Source: Bdellovibrio sp. (GTDB taxonomy: Bacteria > Bdellovibrionota > Bdellovibrionia > Bdellovibrionales > Bdellovibrionaceae). From it: 64,000 nucleotides of DNA. Shown in pieces: positions 58,310 to 64,000 of this stretch (its first letter is position 1; each line of letters starts with the position of its first letter). The stretch lies in contig JAKFCY010000002.1 in NCBI GenBank assembly GCA_036676395.1, positions 1,984,001-2,048,000 on the forward strand, written 5' to 3'. The notes under the pieces were generated by a model. That model searched no databases. It was not told the origin of the DNA and worked only from the letters and a program-made list of their open reading frames with translations. A program made the translations under genes and the position numbers.

Positions 58310-59674
58310 CTACTCCAAATGAAATTTTTCACCGTGTTCAGGAACATGACAATTCCAACCAAAGGTTTCTGTAATTCGTCGACGCAAATCATCCGCCGCC
58401 GAAGCTTCGCCATGAGTAATAAATACTTTTTTGGGGTTAATATTCGACTTCTGAAGCCAGCCAAGAATTTCAGAATAATCTGCGTGTGCAGAAACATTAT
58501 CTAACATTTTAATTTGAGCATTAACCTGAATATATTCACCATGAACTTTAACTTCTTTAGCCCCGTGCTCTAAAGCTTCACCACGGGTACCGGCAGCTTG
58601 GTATCCAGTCAGTAAAATCGTATTATTAGGATCAGAAGCAAATGCTTTTAAGTGATGTAATACTCTGCCGCCGCCTAACATTCCGCTGGCAGAAATAATT
58701 AACATTGGCCCAGACCTTTCGTTGATCTTAATTGATTCTTCAGCCGAACGTACATATTTAACGAGGTTACAGACATCATAACATTCTTCGAGCGATAATT
58801 TGTGCAAGCCTTTATACTTACGTAAAAGTTCATTCACGTTGGTCGCCATAGGACTATTTAAATACATCGGCATATTTGGAATTCGGTTTTTTAGCCGTAA
58901 CTGCCAAATACAGTACATCAATGATTGCGAACGCCCGACCGCAAATGCCGGAATTAGAATAACGCCTTTTTTATTATACGTTTCATTAATGACCTCGGCT
59001 AATTCGTCAAGAACGTCAGTCTTATTATGTAAACGATTTCCGTAAGTTGATTCTGTAACCAGATAGTCAACACTTTCCATTTTTTCTGGCGGATATAATA
59101 AATGGTCTTGCGAGCGGCCTAAATCACCAGAAAAACCAATCGATCTGCCCGAGACATTTACGATGACCGAAGCAGCCCCTAAAATGTGCCCGGCATACTT
59201 AAACTTGAAACTTAAGGTATCATCAATTTTATAGGAATCATTAAAATCAACGCCGACAAAGTACTCCAGCGAGTGAGTCGCATCCTCGCTTGTAAACAAC
59301 GGCAATGCAGGGCTGTGTTTTGATTTTTTATATCTATTTAAATACTCGGCCTCTTCTTCCATCAGAAACCCAGCATCCGGTAAAAGAATTTTACAAAGAT
59401 CTTTGGTTGCATGAGTACAAAATATTTTTCCGCGAAATCCCATTTTTATCAGCCGCGGAATATAACCTGAATGATCAATATGGGCATGGGTCAAAATCAC
59501 CGCATCGATTTCTGATGCCTTGATTGGCAGTTCATTCCAGTTTTTTAAGCGCAGCGATTTTAAACCCTGAAAAAGGCCGCAGTCGATAAGAATTTTTTTA
59601 TGTTTAAAGCTGAGCAAATACTTTGAACCTGTTACGGTTCCGGCACCACCCAGAAAGTGTAGATCAAATGCCAT
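58310..59674 (-). CDS. MBL-fold beta-CASP ribonuclease (YSH1/CPSF73-like)
   Basis: GGAGTVTGS, DCGLFQG, THAHIDH, AGHILG, ESTYG, PAFAVGR, SASGM, SAHAD, THGE. Confidence 0.9.
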   Translation of the reverse strand: MAFDLHFLGGAGTVTGSKYLLSFKHKKILIDCGLFQGLKSLRLKNWNELPIKASEIDAVILTHAHIDHSGYIPRLIKMGFRGKIFCTHATKDLCKILLPDAGFLMEEEAEYLNRYKKSKHSPALPLFTSEDATHSLEYFVGVDFNDSYKIDDTLSFKFKYAGHILGAASVIVNVSGRSIGFSGDLGRSQDHLLYPPEKMESVDYLVTESTYGNRLHNKTDVLDELAEVINETYNKKGVILIPAFAVGRSQSLMYCIWQLRLKNRIPNMPMYLNSPMATNVNELLRKYKGLHKLSLEECYDVCNLVKYVRSAEESIKINERSGPMLIISASGMLGGGRVLHHLKAFASDPNNTILLTGYQAAGTRGEALEHGAKEVKVHGEYIQVNAQIKMLDNVSAHADYSEILGWLQKSNINPKKVFITHGEASAADDLRRRITETFGWNCHVPEHGEKFHLE

Positions 59675-60404
59675 TAAGACCTCCTGTAATTAAAGACGAT
59701 ATACCCATTGCTAGTACAAAATATAAAACAGCCCTGCGAAAATGCTGTGTAGAAATTTTTTTTAAAACTTTTTTACCTAACCAATTTGCTATGACAACCA
59801 CGACCATAAAAATTGGAATGTAAAAATAATGATCTGCCGTCAAATAACCTTTTTTTAAATAAATGAAAAGTCTGACGATATCACCGCCGAAGTCGATTAA
59901 ACTTGAAGTTGCGACGAAAGCCACAGGGCTAAGATTAAAAGCAGTCATTGCCAGTGTTCGCACCGCTCCGCCCGACCCAAGTAATCCAGTTAGTAGGCCT
60001 GAAATCGCACCGCCGATGTAGGGAATCCAGCGGCCAGAAAAAACCTCATCTTTGTTAATGAATAAAAAATAGATAGATAACAAGGTCAAGAATAGACCTA
60101 ATATTATAGAGTGAATACTTTTGGGTAAAAAATCTGAATATTCGGCACCTAACCCAGAAAATAAAATCGCTGGCAGTCCAAACTTAAACGTCAGACTCCA
60201 ATTAATCTCTTTTCTATAAGAAATAGTACGAACTGAATTACCTAAAACATGTAGGACTGCAGTCAGCGCTAAAGTGATCTTTAGCGGCTCGACAAGCAAA
60301 GCCAACGGCACAAATAATGCCGAAGTACTTACGCCGCTGACCGAACCGACCAGTTCTGAAATAAAGGCAATAACAATAAAATAAAACTCATTCAAATGAC
60401 TCAT
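59664..60404 (-). CDS. TauE/SafE (TSUP) family membrane protein
   Basis: About 8 TM segments, G...SALFVP, GAISG.LTGLLGSGGA.R, FVATS. Confidence 0.8.
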   Translation of the reverse strand: MSHLNEFYFIVIAFISELVGSVSGVSTSALFVPLALLVEPLKITLALTAVLHVLGNSVRTISYRKEINWSLTFKFGLPAILFSGLGAEYSDFLPKSIHSIILGLFLTLLSIYFLFINKDEVFSGRWIPYIGGAISGLLTGLLGSGGAVRTLAMTAFNLSPVAFVATSSLIDFGGDIVRLFIYLKKGYLTADHYFYIPIFMVVVVIANWLGKKVLKKISTQHFRRAVLYFVLAMGISSLITGGLNGI

Positions 60405-60430
60405 CGAAATAGCCGCCGTGGGTTAATCCT

Positions 60431-61597
60431 CTATTTTTTATCTAACTTAATAACGCCTTTAGTGTTGATAAGTTTTTGCAAAGACTCTAATTCATCTTTC
60501 ACATCGCCAGGCAAATTCGTGCCAGCAGAACCAGAATAACTGAAGATCATTTCTTTTTCATATTCGCTATAACATTTTTTAGCTATAGGTAAATCCGGAT
60601 ACTCAGTGACACATTCTTTAAGATAAAGATCGGCTAAAGAATAAAAAAAGTTATGATTAATCATGCGATCACTCACTGCAAGCCAGTAAAGGATTTCAGG
60701 TGTCGCTTTCAATTTTGGATGTGTGAAAAGATATTCATACAATATACCTGACGTGTATAAATGTGTTACCAAGTCTGGCCCGTAAGATTGATTATTTGCC
60801 TTTGCAGCTTTGGGATCAAGACGTGTGCGGGCAAATTTTAGAATTTCTTTTTCGCTTGCAGTTCTTGGGTCGATAGTATGATCTAATTGCCAGTTTTTAA
60901 ACTGTAAAATCCAATTATCGATATCTCGTAAAGTGGTTTCAGTTAAGTTTTGGACTTTTTTATATTTTTCAAATTTTTTAATGGCCTCTTTGGGATTACG
61001 CTTAATACGGCTGTAGTAAGCAACTTGACGTTCAAGGGCTTTTTCAACTTCAAATTTATCATCAAATTTTAGATTTCTATTGATGATTTTATCATAAAGA
61101 GCCGAAGCCTTGTCAAAATCATGGGTGGCAAACAAGAATTCAGCCTGTTCAAATTCAGAAAAATAACTTTCTTGTTTAGTGAATTCAAAAAATGTTCTGT
61201 TTCCTGATGGCATTTGTGAATGACAACTCATGCACACTGATAAAGTTGAATTCAGCATCCAGCGTGAAAAGTTTTTATTTCCTTTATCAAAAACTCTGGC
61301 TGTTTCCTGAATGTGATTTTCTAAAACTCGCTGCGAGAACTTAAAATTATCATGCTTAAGAATTGGATCATGACCGGCCGCTTTTGCCGCCTTAGCAAAA
61401 CTATTCAAATGCTGAGAAATCTCGACAGAGTTTTTTGGATCACTAAACTTTTTATCCGAAACTGAATATTTTTTCAGATATTTAAGCTCTTCAAAAAACT
61501 GACGCATTATAACTGGAGTAGAAGTTTCTGCTTCAGAACTCCAAGAAAAACAACCAATTGACACAAAAACTAATGTGTTTATTAAAATATGTAACAT
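60431..61597 (-). CDS. Secreted monoheme c-type cytochrome with TPR-like helical region
   Basis: Signal peptide, CMSCH heme-binding motif, helical repeats; ATG 61597 follows GAGGGGGAG (alternative start 61615). Confidence 0.7.
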   Translation of the reverse strand: MLHILINTLVFVSIGCFSWSSEAETSTPVIMRQFFEELKYLKKYSVSDKKFSDPKNSVEISQHLNSFAKAAKAAGHDPILKHDNFKFSQRVLENHIQETARVFDKGNKNFSRWMLNSTLSVCMSCHSQMPSGNRTFFEFTKQESYFSEFEQAEFLFATHDFDKASALYDKIINRNLKFDDKFEVEKALERQVAYYSRIKRNPKEAIKKFEKYKKVQNLTETTLRDIDNWILQFKNWQLDHTIDPRTASEKEILKFARTRLDPKAAKANNQSYGPDLVTHLYTSGILYEYLFTHPKLKATPEILYWLAVSDRMINHNFFYSLADLYLKECVTEYPDLPIAKKCYSEYEKEMIFSYSGSAGTNLPGDVKDELESLQKLINTKGVIKLDKK

Positions 61598-61615
61598 GCT
61601 CCCCCTCTTTGACAT

Positions 61616-62428
61616 TTATGGATAAATTAAAACCGGCTTTTCGCTCGAGCGCACTAACTTGGCATTTACACTACCAAAAATAGGAAAACGCTTTTTAGAA
61701 TTTTTTGGTGTGATTGCGATCAGATCAAACTTTTTTGAATATTGTAGGATATGACTGGCTACGTCTCCGGGATTCTTACTTGTTTTAAGATTCGGATACT
61801 TCGTCTTCATTAATTTTATTTTTTTATCTTCTTCTTTTTTTAAAAAGGTATAAACAGGAACCCAAGCCGAATAATCTAATAAAGGCGTTGGCTCTTCTAA
61901 CACATAATACAATTCAAACTTTCCATTTACTGGTTTACTGAGGAGTTTTACCCCTTCGACCGTGTGATCTGAACTGTGGCTCAGATCAGAGGGCACAAGA
62001 ATATTTTTTGGCACAATAATTTTATGACCACGCTGAATCCAGACAGGAAAAGGAGATTTCTGTGCGATCTTTTCTGCCGTACTGCCAAGAAGCATATTTA
62101 AAAGGCGGCTGTGCCCCTTGTTGCCGACAATGATCATTGGATTAGCGAATTTTTTTGCAAATCCAATGACTTCAGCATCGGCTTTTCCAAACTTTATGCT
62201 GACCTTTGTTTTTTTATCAAGCTTGTAGATTTTATTAATTCTTTCAGTGGTACGCTGAATAATTTCTGTTTTATACGTCGGCGCATACCAATCAACAGGG
62301 CAAACAAATACCAAATTCATCGGTATAGCCATATTCTCGGCCAGCATTTTAGCTTCGCGAACAACTATTTTTGAATAGTCTGAAAGATCAACACCTACAA
62401 TGAGGTTTTTAATTTTTTTGTTTTTCAT
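61616..62428 (-). CDS. Tandem-domain universal stress protein (paralog 3)
   Basis: LIVGVDLS, LLGSTAEK..SPFPVW, FGSV..KLVRS. Confidence 0.9.
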   Translation of the reverse strand: MKNKKIKNLIVGVDLSDYSKIVVREAKMLAENMAIPMNLVFVCPVDWYAPTYKTEIIQRTTERINKIYKLDKKTKVSIKFGKADAEVIGFAKKFANPMIIVGNKGHSRLLNMLLGSTAEKIAQKSPFPVWIQRGHKIIVPKNILVPSDLSHSSDHTVEGVKLLSKPVNGKFELYYVLEEPTPLLDYSAWVPVYTFLKKEEDKKIKLMKTKYPNLKTSKNPGDVASHILQYSKKFDLIAITPKNSKKRFPIFGSVNAKLVRSSEKPVLIYP

Positions 62429-62449
62429 CGTGCCCACCGTTTGGCTTTT

Positions 62450-62857
62450 TTAAGTGTGAGATCTGGTGACTAAAACCTCTGAAAAAGCTTTAAAGGCATC
62501 AACCTCAGTGAAAATTCCCACAAGCTTTGCGTTATCCATGACAAGCGCACAGCCATATTTTTTTTCAGCCATTTCAGCCAAGACTTCATTTAGCGGTGCA
62601 TCGGGTGTTGTACAATAAGGATCTAAAGTACAGGCGTCTTCAACCATAACTTTTGTAGGATCAACGTCTTTAAAACCAAGAACAAATTTGATGTCGCGAT
62701 CAGATAAGATTCCAACAATTTTACCGTCCTTTAGAACTGGTAAATGTCGGATGTGTAATTTTCTTAAGATCTCAGATGCACTAGCTATAGTTTGATCATA
62801 GCCAATCGATTTTGGAACAAAGGTCATGTATTTCTGTACTTTGGGAATTGCTTTCAT
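62450..62857 (-). CDS. Stand-alone CBS-pair protein
   Basis: V..YMT, IRHLPV..GKIVGILSDRD, LVGIFT.VD. Confidence 0.9.
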   Translation of the reverse strand: MKAIPKVQKYMTFVPKSIGYDQTIASASEILRKLHIRHLPVLKDGKIVGILSDRDIKFVLGFKDVDPTKVMVEDACTLDPYCTTPDAPLNEVLAEMAEKKYGCALVMDNAKLVGIFTEVDAFKAFSEVLVTRSHT

Positions 62858-62897
62858 GGGTTAGCCTTTCAAGGTTATTGTTGCTGTTAACCAATAC

Positions 62898-62913
62898 AAC
62901 AAGAAGTGAGCCA
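62898..62913 (-). promoter_or_regulatory. Sigma-54-like promoter (non-canonical -12) of the CBS-USP unit
   Basis: TGGCTC-ACTTC-TTGTT. Confidence 0.5.
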
Positions 62914-62952
62914 CACTCTAATGCAATACAATTGACAACAAAGTTAATTTAA

Positions 62953-62996
62953 TGACAAATTGTCATAGTAGCCCGTGGCGATTAGCCAAGTTGTCA
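62953..62996. promoter_or_regulatory. Candidate enhancer pair, 31 bp apart
   Basis: Palindrome TGACAA-A-TTGTCA at 62953 and AGCCAAGTTGTCA (reverse complement TGACAACTTGGCT) at 62984. Confidence 0.75.
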
Positions 62997-63035
62997 TACG
63001 TACCAAAGCCATAAATAGCCTGTTGAATTTGAGAT

Positions 63036-63051
63036 TGGCACTGACTTTGAA
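63036..63051 (+). promoter_or_regulatory. Sigma-54-like promoter (non-canonical -12) of the NtrC-family gene
   Basis: TGGCAC-TGACT-TTGAA. Confidence 0.5.
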
Positions 63052-63089
63052 ATTACTAATTTGATGTTCATAAAAAAGAGAAATGCCTA

Positions 63090-64000
63090 ATGAAATATAA
63101 AATAGCCGTTGTAGATGATGATGTTGAAATGGGTCGCGTCGTGCACGATCTGCTAGTCGATGCTGGATATATTGTTAATCAATATTCTTCAGCTTCTGAG
63201 GCCCTGGCAAAATTTAAAACTGATTTGCCACAAGTTTTAATCACTGATCATAAAATGAAAGATATTGATGGCTTGATGTTTTTACGTAAAGTCCAGGCTG
63301 ATTATCCCGAAATCGTTTCTATTATGATGACGGCCTTTGGTTCGATCGAAACCGCAATTGAAGCCATGAAGGCCGGCGCTTATCATTATATTGTTAAGCC
63401 TTTTAAAAATGAAGAACTTTTATTGTTAGTACAAAGAGCTACCGAAAGATCAGGACTAAAAAAAGAAAATAAAATTCTTCGCACTGAACTGAATAAAAGT
63501 TTTAAACTTGAATCGGTTGTCGGCAAAAGCCCGGCGATGAATTCTATTTTTGAAATGATAAAATTAGTCAGCAGCGCCACCGCAAATGTTCTTATTTCTG
63601 GCGAAAGCGGTTCAGGAAAAGAAATCGTCGCCAGAGCTATTCATAACTCTGGCGCAAGAAAAAACAAATCTTTTATCCCTCTTAACTGCTCTGCGATTCC
63701 AGAAAACCTTTTAGAAAGCGAACTGTTTGGCCATGTGAAAGGATCTTTCACAGGGGCCCTGACCGACAAAAAAGGATTATTTGAAGAAGCCAATGGAGGC
63801 ACACTTTTTCTTGATGAGATTGGTGATTTAGGCCTACCTCTACAAGCAAAACTATTGCGCGTTCTGCAAGATCAGCAAATTAGACCGGTCGGCAGCAATC
63901 AGTTAAAACAAGTCGACGTTCGTATTATAGCGGCGACGCATCGCGATTTAAAGATCCTCGTTAAAGATGAAAAATTCAGAGAAGATTTATTTTATCGTTT
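63090..64000 (+). CDS. Sigma-54-dependent response regulator (NtrC/AtoC/ZraR family), runs off the window end
   Basis: Manually translated: [11 protein letters not shown] receiver, [58 protein letters not shown]. Confidence 0.95.
   Translation, partial: MKYKIAVVDDDVEMGRVVHDLLVDAGYIVNQYSSASEALAKFKTDLPQVLITDHKMKDIDGLMFLRKVQADYPEIVSIMMTAFGSIETAIEAMKAGAYHYIVKPFKNEELLLLVQRATERSGLKKENKILRTELNKSFKLESVVGKSPAMNSIFEMIKLVSSATANVLISGESGSGKEIVARAIHNSGARKNKSFIPLNCSAIPENLLESELFGHVKGSFTGALTDKKGLFEEANGGTLFLDEIGDLGLPLQAKLLRVLQDQQIRPVGSNQLKQVDVRIIAATHRDLKILVKDEKFREDLFYR

Noticed and set aside
63386..63580. Minus-strand 64-aa ORF
   Set aside because: Antisense to the NtrC-family gene, which the track missed because it is truncated by the window end

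Overview
AT-rich bacterial chromosomal window. Gene content suggests a Bdellovibrionota predator (inference): an S8 protease-PilZ fusion, a TIGR02147-like HTH, an SLT transglycosylase and many secreted or lipoprotein hydrolases. The first ~24 kb is housekeeping and envelope genes (folE, a split ABCC-type exporter, mgtE, an M17 peptidase, apaG, pcp, pdxH, fkpA, GST) and ends at a tRNA with a CAT anticodon. The rest is an accessory stress region. It starts with a 10.8 kb segment bounded by a degenerate ~75 bp direct repeat, carrying a dCMP deaminase, a heavy-metal RND/TolC cluster with no membrane-fusion gene, and an ArsR-rhodanese/MBL/MFS operon. Further on are a desaturase/FabR-like pair, an nsrR-nnrS-truncated haemoglobin NO module, a VxrAB-like two-component system beside dsbA, and a Crp/Fnr-centred sulfane-sulfur cluster. 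Two long minus-strand units follow: protease-trhP-chorismate mutase-DUF1338, and CBS-USP-cytochrome c-TauE-beta-CASP RNase-ATPase-ldhA-USP, the second divergent from an NtrC-family activator. The strongest signals are in the DNA geometry. An identical TGTGC-N2-GCACA palindrome sits at -41.5 of both units flanking the Crp/Fnr gene. TGACAA-type site pairs, 31 bp apart, lie exactly 39 nt from three sigma-54-like promoters. Also notable are a chorismate mutase gene coupled to the prephenate-dependent hydroxylase trhP, two unlisted small proteins, and frequent apparently leaderless genes. No CRISPR array, integrase or transposase was seen. All product calls come from motif recognition by eye, not from database searches.
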